A stretch of DNA of 64,000 nt, taken from Chlorokybus atmophyticus (Eukaryota > Plantae > Mesostigma and Chlorokybus algae). Numbering within the stretch: position 1 is the first letter of the stretch; every line of letters starts with the position of its first letter. The stretch is taken from assembly GCA_009103225.1 (NCBI GenBank), contig RHPI01003116.1, positions 1-64,000 of the forward strand, written 5' to 3'. Shown here piece by piece: positions 20,146-32,626 of the stretch. Under the pieces are notes generated by a model. It worked only from the letters and a program-made list of their open reading frames with translations. It did no database searches and had not been told where the DNA came from. Both the position numbers and the translations under genes were made by a program.

Positions 20146-23100
20146 CCGTATTTACCCCATTGGAGTTGCCCCCTTTTTATAGTTCCCCCCCAAATTTTGC
20201 CAGGGGGAACTCTATTCGAGGGGAACTCTATTTTTATAGGGAAACTTTACGTTGTAGCAGGATGCCGCTGCTATCGCCGTCCCGCAATATCTGATTATGC
20301 GCACGACTGGTAAGCATGCACATGTGTCAATGAAAGTGCTGTGTTGTGTTGGAAATGCTAAACGCGAGTCTGCACATTGGCAGGAAGTGAGAAGAAGACT
20401 GTGACGGTGGTGCTAGCATGCTTTGGACGGCACAAAGCTACCACTCATTGTTATTCTTAAGCGCAAGACTATCCCCAACAACTTGGTGGTGCCGCAGGGG
20501 ATAGTTGTATGGGGTAACGAGAAGAGATGGATGGAGGAGGCCCACATGGTGGAATGGGTGCGTCGCAAATTTTACACGGTGACTAACTAAGGACTGAGGG
20601 ACTGACGGGTGCCTGAGCCTGCCTGCCGCTGCCTAAAATGTTACTTTTGGACTGTTGGGTTTACCATTGGCTTATGTGGACTGACGCAGACGACCGCGGG
20701 CCGAAAGTAGTTGTCAGTGGCTCTAACCGACCGAGAGTTATAAACAAGTTACCCTTTGGACAGACGGCCGTTAATCGGTAGTCACGGACAGCTGACAGCA
20801 ATAGCCGGCAGTTTCCTTGCCGTTACACTGCTGCTAATATGTGACCCTTATCGTTTGACAAAAGTTGGCAATTCTTGCCGTAAGCCAACACTAACATGCC
20901 ATGCAGCTTGTACAAACCTTGAACTGATCGTTTGGTCTTGCAAATAGTAAGCCCACAATATATACAACGTACCGGCAGTGGTGAGAGTATGTCCCCTTGC
21001 AACTGAGCAGCCGATTTGCGCATGAAACTACGTACAACATTGAGTGTAGCTGTCGCACTCATGCGCAGCTTGTCAACTCGTGGTGCCTGCCCCAGACTTC
21101 CTCCTCCACCCCCTCCTCCTGTTCCTCCTTCGACAAGTCTTCTGCTTCAACATCGGAGTCATCTTCATCTACTGCCTCGCTCGCTGACTCGCTGTATACA
21201 ACGGTTACTTCGTCCTTTAGCTTGAATGTCAGCACCTTGCCGTGCACGCGCATGCGCTTGATGGTCGCTTTAAGTGACCACTTGCATTTGGTAATGCTGT
21301 AAGAGTGGCGTGCTGCCAGAGGACTAGCCCATCAGCATACACATGCTTACCTTGTCTTCCGCTTTATTGCACTCCGCCAGGCAGACAGCCAGCCTGCCGT
21401 GCTGCTCTTAGTTCATTTCAACCAACATGGCAATCTGCAAGCATATTGCTTAATTATAGCTAGAAACATCAAATAACGTCATGGAGTACCCGTTTCGTGG
21501 TACTCCGCAGGTTTTTTTTTTGCGACTTGTGAGCTCCCGCAAGTAGAAATAGGATGTGCATTTGCGAGATTGGTCATGCTGTTCATATGCATGACACCGG
21601 AGGATGTGCATGAGGGTGTGCATGTGGTATTGATAATAAATGTCATGTGCAAGATACTTGAGGCTATGCATGTGCAAGATAAAAGAACCCTAGCATGTGG
21701 CATTGACAGTGCATCGTAACCCACCTTAGTTATGCCAGTCTTGTTTGGTCCCTTTAATCATGTCGCCGTGGTCGCAGCTGCTGGTGGGTCGGATGTTCTT
21801 AAAGGCAGTATTGTGGTGTGCCGTTGCCCACTTGGAGGGGGAGCTTCATAAGATATCGCCCAAGTCACTGTTGTCATTGGCTGTGCCCTTGGTAGGCATG
21901 GTGGGGTTTGACACCAAGGACACCCCACCGGCACCTTGCCCGCTCTGTGCAAACATGGGCTTCCTCTCGGACCTCGACCACAACGCCCACTACGCCCTTG
22001 GCAGCGCCGCCAACGATCCACTAAATGCCACATACCCTCGGCATCGCCGCCCTGTAAGGGCATAGCTTGGCGGAGCTATCAGTGGTGTTTTCATGCGCAG
22101 GGATTGGCATTGCTAGCACTTGTCAACGGTACGAACTGCCATTGCCATTATATAAAGGTACCGTTTCCATGGTACCTTTTGGCAAAGGCATCTTTGAACC
22201 ATTGAAACGGTTCAATTAGAATATTTATGCAAACTCACTTCACCGTGGACATGCAATGGCTCAATCGTACCATAGTAATGATACGACGGAACCGTCACGC
22301 CAGTGCATGGCGGCCAAGTTTCCCGCCTCTGGCATGCAAGGGTAGCGGCGGCGGCGCGTGTTGCTGGATATAATGATGCAGGTGACACTTGTGTCGACGT
22401 CAGTGGTGAGCTATGGGAGTCCTTTGTGCGTATTGCCACATGCACCAGTAGAAATGGGTTTCGGCAAATCGGGTTGGATCCGCAACTTTGTAATGGACGA
22501 AGCCGGACATAGGTTTCGGATTTTGTAAATTTTACAACGGAACCGTATATATGTTGTAGCTGCAGCCGGAATTTTATTGCGACCTGTCACAAACGGCAAG
22601 CCGCCGGTGACGATCGTAAGTACCGGATCCCCAACAACGTTAAGGATTTGGTGTTTATGTAATCAAGGGTTTAGGCCGTGAGAAAGACTTGTGTAAGTCG
22701 CAATTACAATTGTAACCAATCCAAACAATGCGTCTTTACTCCCTAACGCAATTGAGGACTCGTCGATAGCATTATAATGCATTTAGGTTGCATGCTAAAG
22801 CTGTACACATCATCATTGTGACCGGTTCCATCAAGAATACGCAACTTCATACTTAACAAACTCGGAACACTAGGATCGATCTTTCCATCAATACAAACCA
22901 CAATAATTTTACGACCTCATCATTGCCAAATTGCCGGTTCACCCCCGCGGCTTATTCATGGCTTGCCCCGCGGCCTGCTAGTAGCAGGTCGCGGGGCAAG
23001 CAAGTAGAAGGCTGCGACTTGCATGTATAATCATTGGTAAACCGTGGTAGCACATGAGGTAAACATGTAAAGAGACTTTACCCCAACTCCGCAAACAACC

Positions 23101-26100
23101 TTGCGCCAGCAGGTGACGCAGGGCGCATAATGCAAACATATGCCGGTGATCTCGCGCTGTGATTGGACAGAACGGCAAGTCGAACAAAGTCTCCCTCTCC
23201 AAGTCACCTTTATAGTGGTAAACTCCACCTTCACCTTTATCTCTTTTATACAAGTGGTATATATTAATTTCGCGGTATATACATATATATATACAAGTAT
23301 ATAAATATAAATATATATATATATATAAATGTATGCATATGTATATATATATGTATATATATATATACCGATAGTGCCGTTGTATGCAGCTGTTGGTGCA
23401 TGCGTGATGCATGCATTACAACAGGAGACAATTGAAGCAGCCACTGTAAACAATATATTATCTACAAACTCATTGCAGGGTGTCTTGTATTGTCGTAATC
23501 TAGGTCAATGCGTAGGTCGTATGATGTTGCTTGCTAAAAACCAATAGGTACTTCCGCGCAGATTCGAAACTCGGCGATGGACATCCGAAAACCCCTGTGC
23601 TGCGGCTCTTTTGATTTTTCGCGAACTGCGACCATAACATTTCTGGTAAAATCACGCATTAAGACCCTTGATACATAATCCAATCAAAAATTAATATATG
23701 AAGTGGCCATTATTAAGTTCAAGAAAAGACGGATATCGAACTTAATGCACACCAGCTAGTTGACCTTAACGGCAGCTCGATACGAAACAAAATTGTGGCT
23801 GCAGCAGCAAAAAATGCAAAAATGGATATGTTGCTTGCATATGGATCGCTAATTAAGTTATAGCTGGCTTTCTATTTAAATTGTGGGCAAGGCCGAACTA
23901 TTGGGGCCATTTCTTCCGGTGATGCGCTTCGCCTCATGCAGCTCGGTCTACATGCACATTGTTAGCAGCAGGGTGTGCAAGCAAATCAAGCTGTATGTCG
24001 GCCAGCGTCCATTACAATACGATGCAGGTCATGTTGAACCGAGGAGTTCGATCTATGATGCGCACATGCTTGATGCTGAAGGACCCCTCCAGGAAACACA
24101 CGCACATCAGCAACATGAGGAGGAGGAAGTGCACGAGGGCTTTCAATGTGTGCGTGTGCTTGAGAAACCTGTGGCACCAACATGGAAGTGGAGGCGTCCC
24201 TTCGCATGCGTTCAGATGATATGGCTCGGAGCATGCTCTTGCAGTACCATTCGTGCAGTGCAACAACAGCCAAGGCATGTCGCCCTCCGACATGGGGCGG
24301 ATCATCATGATGATCAAGTGCAACCAAAATGCACACTTCCTGACGGAAGAGCTCCAATGGGAGATCGGTGTGCATGTAGCCAGCTACCCCCGGACCGCAA
24401 TTGCTTTCTCTCAGTAAAAAGGTGTGTTCGATGTGCGGTGGATGTGCTTCAACCATCACAGCCATGTCACATATGCACATGTGAGTGTGCTGCCGTATCA
24501 GAACTACGTGATGGCTAACCTGCGCAAGCCTGGAGATCCTGAGGATCAGGACATCTGCGTCACATATATGCCGGCCAAGGTCTGTGATATGCAGTATCTG
24601 ATCTGAGGCCAGCATGGCTGTTAATGCTCTTGTTCGGAGCAGAAATGGCTCGCGCGGTTGTATGGCAATCCACATGCCGCTAATGGCTTCAATCTCCAGT
24701 ACAGTGGTGACGAGCACAGCTTTGGCCATCCTTTCACGGGCGATGGGTGGAAGGGTGTTTAGGTGGATTGGAGGAGAGCGGTGGGGGAAGCGTCATACTT
24801 GGCGCCTGCCATTCTGTACAGTGACAAGACCACGCTGGACCGCGCGGGCAAGCGCTCTGGCTACCCTCTGATGGCATTGCTTGCCAACTACAGTTGGGAC
24901 ATGTATGCTAGCAATATGGGGGTTGTTATGATAACGCTTTTGCCGGTGGTTTACGCATTAGCCGGGCATCCCACCTAGGCGCAGGGCAAGGAATCGTTCT
25001 CAATTCGGAAACGTGAGATTTTTTATAAGGCTTTAAATGTATTGTTAGGGGATGTGATGCGTGCGAGCTGAGAAGGTCTGCAGCTTCGACCCGAATGGCA
25101 TCGAGCGTCTTATTTTTTCCGCACTTGTCAACTACATCAGCGACTTGCAGGTAGTGGGCATGCATGGTTGTAACCGGATGCAGCCTGCCGGTAAACAGTG
25201 CATGGAGAATGTTGTTAGTGGAGCATCTGAGTTTGTCATGTGGCAGGAGACTGCCACACTCGCACGCACTGTGTCGGGCAACCAAACATGACATCCTTGC
25301 GATGTTTGTCTCGTCACTAAATCAGATCTGTTGAAGATGGATGAGGACGCGAAATTGAGAATCGAGGCCTTCTACACACCAGCAATACGACAGCTGCGAG
25401 CGGACCTGCATAGTGGTGTTAGGTGTGAATGCACGCCAGACAGCCAAGGCTTTCAAAGAGCAGCACTCCATGCATGTCGAGGAGGTAATGGTCAGATTAC
25501 TGGCATTCGTGAAGATGAATGGCCCTCCGTGTAACCAGGCAATGTGGTTCGGCAACAGATTGCATTGTGGGGTTGGCGACAGTTGCGGGTGCCGGGAGCT
25601 GACTGCTACTCTCGCCTTGCCCCTGATGCAATGCATGTGCTAAGAGGCATCAGTGACCATCTGCTTGCTATTGTGTACAACGCTACGAAAAAACGCATGC
25701 GTCCATGCACGAGACAGATTCTGCAGGCCAGGGTCGTCTTTGGTGTTGCTTTTATGTTCAACACAAAAGCCAATGTCACGTGCTCACAAGTAGATGTGCA
25801 CAGCCTGACTGCATGCAAGGCGACTCTACGGGTTTCGCACTTCAAGGCTCCCATAAGCACAGTAGATTTCTTCATGTCTGACCACTCCTTTCAGGTGGTG
25901 GAGAAAGTGGCGGTGCTGCAGTTGCTGCCAGTCCTTGCAGACGGTTTGCTGCTCGATAGTGAGTCACCGTTGCTGCCGTATCACTTGCCCAGTGGAACAA
26001 AAATTTGCTCAAGGCGCATGAACACATAAGAGAGACCCTGACCACAGCCGACAACGAGCTAGCTGCCTTTACATCTGCAGTGTTGCATCCGCTACTGTCG

Positions 26101-28153
26101 TCATATTTTGCACAAAAGTCAGGTTGGAAGATCGACAAGATGCATCAGCTCACTCATTCTGGGTCGGCAATTGTCAGCAGTGGACACCCAAAGTGGTTCA
26201 GCGCCAACCGCATGGAGCAGACGCACGCCCAAAATATCAAACAATGGGCGCATGGTGGCAACAACCGGGACTAACAGGCGCGTATCCTGAAGGCATGAAG
26301 CTGTGCGAAATATGTGAGAGAGGATTGCATGGTCGTGGATCCCGAGATGCGCTCGGTCATGGCGCAGGCGCGACAGCAGCGCTGTAATGTAATGGAGAAG
26401 ACGGACAAGTTGCTACGGATGGTTGTGCTGACAATGAGGGAGTCCAGCCCGTACTAAAGCGGTTCTACGCGAAGCCGCCAAATCGCCCTGAAGACTCCAT
26501 TCGCCGACAAGCTGCCTGCCACCTTAAACAGCTTGTTAAGGAGGGAACAATTGGAGTTGGCCGACGTGTGGCATGCTGTTCGCGTGGTGAACGGAGGCGC
26601 AGCAGTGTACATGACATCAGGAGTCAGCATAGCGCGCGCAACTGGGATATTCTATGGGCGGCCTTGGTTCTCTACACTTAAGTTGGAAGGTGATGAGGAC
26701 GGTGTGAACGTGACGTAGTGGGCTCAGGCACTCCTTTTGCTGCGCGTGGTGGTGTGGGTGGTAGCGGTGAGCGCGTGTGAAAGGAGGAGGTCGTATTTGT
26801 CCGCTAGTACACGAAGCTGGTCGTGACGAGGGACACAAAGAGCATCGCTTAAGAGTCGAGGTGGTCCACATCTCGATGTCGTGATTCTAGAGCAAGTAAA
26901 AGACCATGTCCAGCTGCTCCCCATGTATGACAGCGCCCGTGTAGAAGAGGACAAGTATTGGGTGAATGTTCACTGCACCGCCACGTGACACATGTACTTG
27001 TCTCACTACTCTGAGTTTGGAGCATATCAGTCAGTTAGGCATTGCTGATTGTTTGTTAGGAGTTTTGCATGTGGACGTGTACAATACTGGGTCCAATGGA
27101 TGCGGTGATGCGGAAGAGGCCAAAGCGAGTATTTGGTAGACAAGCACTGCTGATGTGGGACTCGTTTTTAGCACACAGGATCGAATTAACAGCTTCATGC
27201 ACGCCATGTGCATGCCACGCACATGCACATCAGTTCTGTTGCTGCCATTGCATGTATGTGTTGATGTTGCAATCATGCAGGTGTGACTTTGTGAAGGAAC
27301 GCCTCAGCGTCATCTCTGTTGATCAAGTAGTCATCCCTGGTGAGTGCACTCCCATTCCGCAACCGCTTTATGTTTGCGTTAACAAACCTTTAAAGGATAT
27401 GCTGCGTGCGAAGGTGAGCATTGTTAACAATGTGCAGTAGCAACAACTATCCTGCTTACTGATGATGCTGACTCTGATTGCGTATGTGCTCAGTGGGCTC
27501 TGTGGATGGCTGACCCAGCCAACCACTCATATACGGTGGGTGGCCACATGCGTCACGTTGACTGGTCAACGTTGTGCACATGGGTGCAGCAGTATTGGGA
27601 GAAGTTGTCTATTCACACTACTGTCAATGCTTTTCGAAAGGCAGGTGTGTGCGAGAGGCAGATTGGGCGCCATAGGATATGAAGCGCGATGATGTCGATG
27701 ACATCGATGAGCTACCCCTTGAAGAGCAGGAGGAGCGCATGCGCTAGGAGCTAGCTGAGCTGCACACACGATGAGCGCAACGCTCGCGCTGCCGCTGAGC
27801 GCATTAACCTTGTAACAGATAGCGACATCAGCAATGCTAGTGATGCTAGTGACAGTGATGCGCAAGTCTCTTATGCATAAGCCTTATAAGACTTGATGCA
27901 TGAGTCTGTTATCGCAACCATTGTGCAGCACGCACACACCACGCACAAATGGAAGGCAGTTATGCAAATACTCACGCATGGTAGGCAGGCATACATGCAA
28001 TACAGTTCCCTTAAAGGAGAACATTAAATGGGGGGGAACTCTATTACACAAATACAGTTCTCCCCTTCATTTTGCAGGGGGGAACTGTATGTGTGTGTGT
28101 GTTAGGAGGGGGGCTGGGGGGGGGGGGGGGGGCCCCCAATGGGGTAAATACGG
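20146..28153 (+). mobile_element. pogo-family (Tc1/mariner superfamily, DDE_1) DNA transposon, decayed and interrupted by a ~6.5 kb insertion
   Basis: 18-bp perfect TIR CCGTATTTACCCCATTGG at 20146, with its complement ending at 28153. Left end preceded by TA. Subterminal GGGGGAACTCTATT repeats at both ends. Transposase pieces: TTG-SEKKTVTVVLAC..DGTKLP..ILKRKT..WM..HMVEW (20300-20570) and LLMWDSFLAH..VIPG..QPL.V.VNKPLKD..WVQQYW..NAFRKAGV (27070-27660). Confidence 0.9.
24400..26980 (+). pseudogene. Plavaka-type (CMC/CACTA-related) transposase remnant nested in the pogo element
   Basis: Motifs HPFTGDGW, AILYSDKTTL..G..SGYPL..LLAN, FDPNGIERLIFSALVNYISD, PDAMH-LRGI..H, WKIDKMHQLTH..I..G....S....EQTH, and DVVILEQV..HVQLLP..YWVN. 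Stops and frameshifts present. Element termini not confidently located. Confidence 0.7.
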
Positions 28154-28166
28154 CAGGCTTTCTTTG

Positions 28167-28329
28167 NNNNNNNNNNNNNNNNNNNNNNNNNNNNNNNNNN
28201 NNNNNNNNNNNNNNNNNNNNNNNNNNNNNNNNNNNNNNNNNNNNNNNNNNNNNNNNNNNNNNNNNNNNNNNNNNNNNNNNNNNNNNNNNNNNNNNNNNNN
28301 NNNNNNNNNNNNNNNNNNNNNNNNNNNNN
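28167..28329. other. Assembly gap (N)
   Basis: Run of n characters. Confidence 0.99.
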
Positions 28330-30018
28330 CCCCCCTTGTTATCAAAGTGTTGAAGTGGCCCATTCTAAAAACTATGTGACATAGCTAATGTGGCAGAATC
28401 TCGCGTGCGAGTTAGGATTATGACGCATCATGTCAACTTCATATGCATATACATTCACATGAATGCACACGGTGCGTTATCATGTTATGTAGCACATTGA
28501 ATGTTAATTTAGTATATACGCACAATTCAACACATGGCTTGTAACACCCACACACATCTGTGGTTAACACATGGGTACATTCTCAATTGCAACATAAAAC
28601 GGCTAATGAGTATACACAAATGATAATTTATTTATTGAGCCTATGAGTAACTGTTATATATATAATCAGAGCCGCTAAATCAAGTGTATGTGTAAGCAGC
28701 ATATTATGCATGCAATGATTGAATGGAAGGTGTCAGCTTTGTTATGGTATGCACTGATAATTACATAATGCGACGCAATAAATGAAAGCTTAACTCGGTG
28801 AGACGTTGGCGTCTTCATCACTAGGCTATGGCAGCAAAAGTTGCTGCTATAGGAGGAGCCATTGATACATGTCGCGGACACGTGTATGGGCTGAAGGATG
28901 CAAAAGATGAAATAGTAAGCATTGCACAATATGCCATGCTTAACAAGCAAGGTACAACTCATGAACTTGCCGGAGGGTGTGGTTACCAAACTCACAACCT
29001 AACTAGCCTAGCTCAGTGCACAGCTCAGCTGTCAGCTCAGCATACCTTAATGTAGAGTCCACATAACACAAGGTATGCGCTTGCGTACTTGCAGATGCGG
29101 CAGTGGGAGCAAGCATGGAGACGAGGAGGGTAGTGTGCACAACCTGCAGCCGAGGGGAAAGGGAGAGGAAGAAGGCTATTGAATGCATGGGTGTGTAGAG
29201 TGTGACAGTGCTGTGAGATGCGTGCGTAGCGTGCTATGTATGTATGGGGCATGGATCAGTCGGCGCATTATGCACAAACGTGTACAGCTCATATCATATA
29301 TAAGTAACAAACGCAAGCAACGCCAAGAAGACGCAATGCATAGCATTACACACCCTCACGCATGGTTATGGCATAGCCATGTACATGCCATGCGTGAAGT
29401 TGGATGGAAGTAAGTTCTTTGCATAAAATAAGCACATAAATTTGAGTGCCTTATATATGATGTATTACTGTAACACTAACATGACTGATGCTTTCAATGC
29501 ACTTACTCGTGTATGATATGATGCATAATGAATTACCGACTCATAACATATGGCTTACTTTTACTGAGTCTTAAACCCTTCAATAATTCGTTGACACTAC
29601 TTCAAATTTTGACGACCAACAAGCTGCTACCCCATGACACATGCATACCTGTATGTATCAGCCCACAAGTCACTTCTTGCGCATCGCAATGCAAAAGCTC
29701 CCACCATAGAACCCTGGATATCAACCCACCTCCTGGCAGAAATCTCTCACTCTTGCGCACTTGTGACGCCGATATCGATTTTCCAACAGGGTTGTCAATG
29801 CTCCATCGTGCTACCGTTTGCGCCGTGTCTTGCTGTCGCTTTGGTTGCTGCCTCGCTCGGCGCCAGCATGCTCGCCCTCCTCGCCCTCGCCGCCGCCGCC
29901 GCCGCCGCTGGCGGGGGCGCGGTGTCTCTCAGGAGGCGTGCGAGGAGGTAAGGGAAGTGGGCGTGGAGACGAGGAGGATCTAGGGGCTTAGGGGGGGTCA
30001 GGGGAAGGGTCGGCAAGG

Positions 30019-32626
30019 ATGGGGTCGGAGCTGGACAGGCAGATAGAGCAGCTGAGGCGGTGCGAGCCGCTGAGGGAGAGCGAGGTGAAGGCGCTGTGCC
30101 AAAAGGCTATGGAGATACTGGTTGAGGAGTCAAACGTTCAGCGCGTTGACGCCCCTGTCACGGTACATCAAACAATCTCGCCCATACTCAAACGCACTCG
30201 CACTTCAGTTGGCGAGTCGGTCGATCAGTCAGTCAGTTGTGTTTAGGGTCATGGCGGGTTTGAATTTCGGTGGGCCAAGGGCTGATTGAGCAAGCTATGG
30301 AGCCAAGGAACAAAAGTAGTTTTTGGTTGTATTGCTGCTGGATTTGTTGGGGATTTGTGAGCGTGCAGCTTGTCGGGGTTGTCACAATTTGTATTTGCTA
30401 CTTTGAGGAGGGATGGCTATTTGTCCACATCTGATGACGGCAAGCAGAGGTTGTTATCGATGCTCAGGCAGCAGCTGTTGTACATCTTAAGTCCTTGATG
30501 TCACTTGATTAGGTCCAATACTTAGGCATACAAGTTTTGCCCGTAGTTATTGAGTTGCTTTCTTATTTGTGCCAACCCACCGGTTTCTAAGCAACAATTG
30601 TTCAGGTTCTGTTGATGTCTTATGCACCCCCCCCTGCTGCCTTAGTATGCACTTAACTGTCCTGGCCCGGTAGTGAGTACTCTTTAAAAAGTCCCTGTAG
30701 TGTTTCTTGGAGGTTGGCGCCACATGTGAAGCTTCGGCTCTTTTGCCTTTCTCGCTATACAAACGTGTAACGCGTAAGATGAGACATCGAGACACAACGG
30801 CGCTTGTGATATCTGTTGCTCAAACACGTGCATACGTTTGTCGTTTATCAACACGCTTTGCGAGGCACATTCTATTGCGAAAGTTTGGATATAGCTGCAT
30901 TGCAACTGCGTATGATTGATGTGCAATGTCGTCGTTCAAGTGTTACAAGCATGTCTCTTGACGTAATCTTGCGGCAGATATGCGGGGACATTCATGGGCA
31001 GTTTTATGATCTCAAAGAGCTGTTCAGGGTGGGAGGGGACTGCCCGCAGACAAATTACTTGTTTATGGGCGACTTTGTCGACCGCGGCTTCTACTCCGTT
31101 GAAACCTTTCTTCTATTGCTCGCACTGAAGGTGAGAGACTTTGCAAAAAAACTTTGCTGATATTCTGCTGAAACACTTTGTTCTTGCATGAACTTTTGAC
31201 AATGACAATGATGCTGTAGACATGTGCATCGTGCATAACTGAACTGGTTATTAATATGATGTGTTTGCGTCCAGGTGCGGTACCCGGATCGAATAACACT
31301 CATTCGCGGCAATCATGAAAGTCGGCAGATTACTCAGGTACAGTACGTGTGATGGGAAGGCTGTTCACCAAGTGTCCCGCTAACACAATTCATGTAGCTC
31401 TGTGCACGCCCAATCGTTGGTGTATGAGATGTTTATTGCTGCACAGACATATTCACTTTCAGACATTACAGCAGTATTTCAGACATTACAGCAGTATAAC
31501 AATCAGTATGATCCTCACACAGGTTTACGGTTTTTATGATGAGTGTTTAAGGAAGTACGGCTCCGTCAATGTCTGGCGATACTGCACAGACATATTTGAC
31601 TACCTCAGGTGGGTTGTATATATAACTGTTGCTATTGCTCGCAGATCAAAATGCATTGCAGTGCACCCATAATTGCTTCTCTTCCCTGTGTGGCAGCTTG
31701 TCCGCGCTCATTGATGGGCGCATATTCTGCGTGCACGGAGGGCTTTCCCCTTCCATCAACACGCTCGATCAGGTCTCATCATCATATGGCATTGCTGATG
31801 CTATTGCGAGTGTGAGTGTGTGCTCATCTGTGACCATGTGGTTGTTAGATACGCGCCATCGATCGCAAGCAGGAGGTCCCTCATGATGGCGCCATGTGCG
31901 ATCTTCTATGGTCAGGTGAGGGTTTTTATTACTGAGGGTGGTTGTACTTGTCTCATACTTATGGCTTGGACTGTTGCTGAGCATTGTGATCTTTAGATCC
32001 CGAAGATATTGACGGCTGGGGCTTGTCACCGCGCGGCGCTGGTTATCTGTTTGGGGCGGATGTCGTGCACGCTTTCAATCAGGTGGGCATGAGTCAAATG
32101 TGCATGGTGTATGCTTGTGTTTGGTGTGGCTGCTTCATTACTGTAAACTGCTGCTCGCTAGCTATGATGTGTTGTATGCGCAGGCCAATAAGATAGAGAT
32201 CATCGCGCGGGCGCATCAGCTGGTGATGGAAGGGTACAAGTGGATGTTCAACAACCAGCTGGTGACTGTCTGGTCCGCACCCAACTATTGCTACCGGTAG
32301 GTGCTTGTGCGTGTGTTTGCTTGCTACCGTCACGTGCTTTTGCGTGCGCGCGAGTGTCTCTGCCAACTATTCTTGATAAGATTATATCTCACAGTTGGCG
32401 GTAAATGTGTCACAGGTGTGGGAATGTCGCTGCGATTCTAGAGCTCGATGAGCACCTGAATCAGAATTTCCAAGTTTTTGAAGCAGCCCCTCAGGTTCAT
32501 GTCACAACGTTGGATATGAACTGTTTCATGTTGGCTTTCGGCTCAAAGTGCATGACAGTGTTCGATTATGTTCAGGAAATGCGAGGCGTTCCTGCAAAGA
32601 AGGCAGCTCCCGATTATTTTTTGTAG
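30019..32626 (+). CDS. PPP4C: Serine/threonine protein phosphatase PP4 catalytic subunit (PPX), 10 exons
   Basis: Exons 30019-30162, 30978-31130, 31275-31337, 31523-31608, 31697-31772, 31849-31915, 31997-32082, 32184-32296, 32416-32494, 32576-32626. Motifs [43 protein letters not shown] and C-terminal DYFL. The N-terminus [35 protein letters not shown] is PP4-type. Confidence 0.96.

Noticed and set aside
27900-28379. ORFs containing X runs here, at 40815-41816 and at 60759-61559
   Set aside because: Artefacts of reading through assembly gaps.
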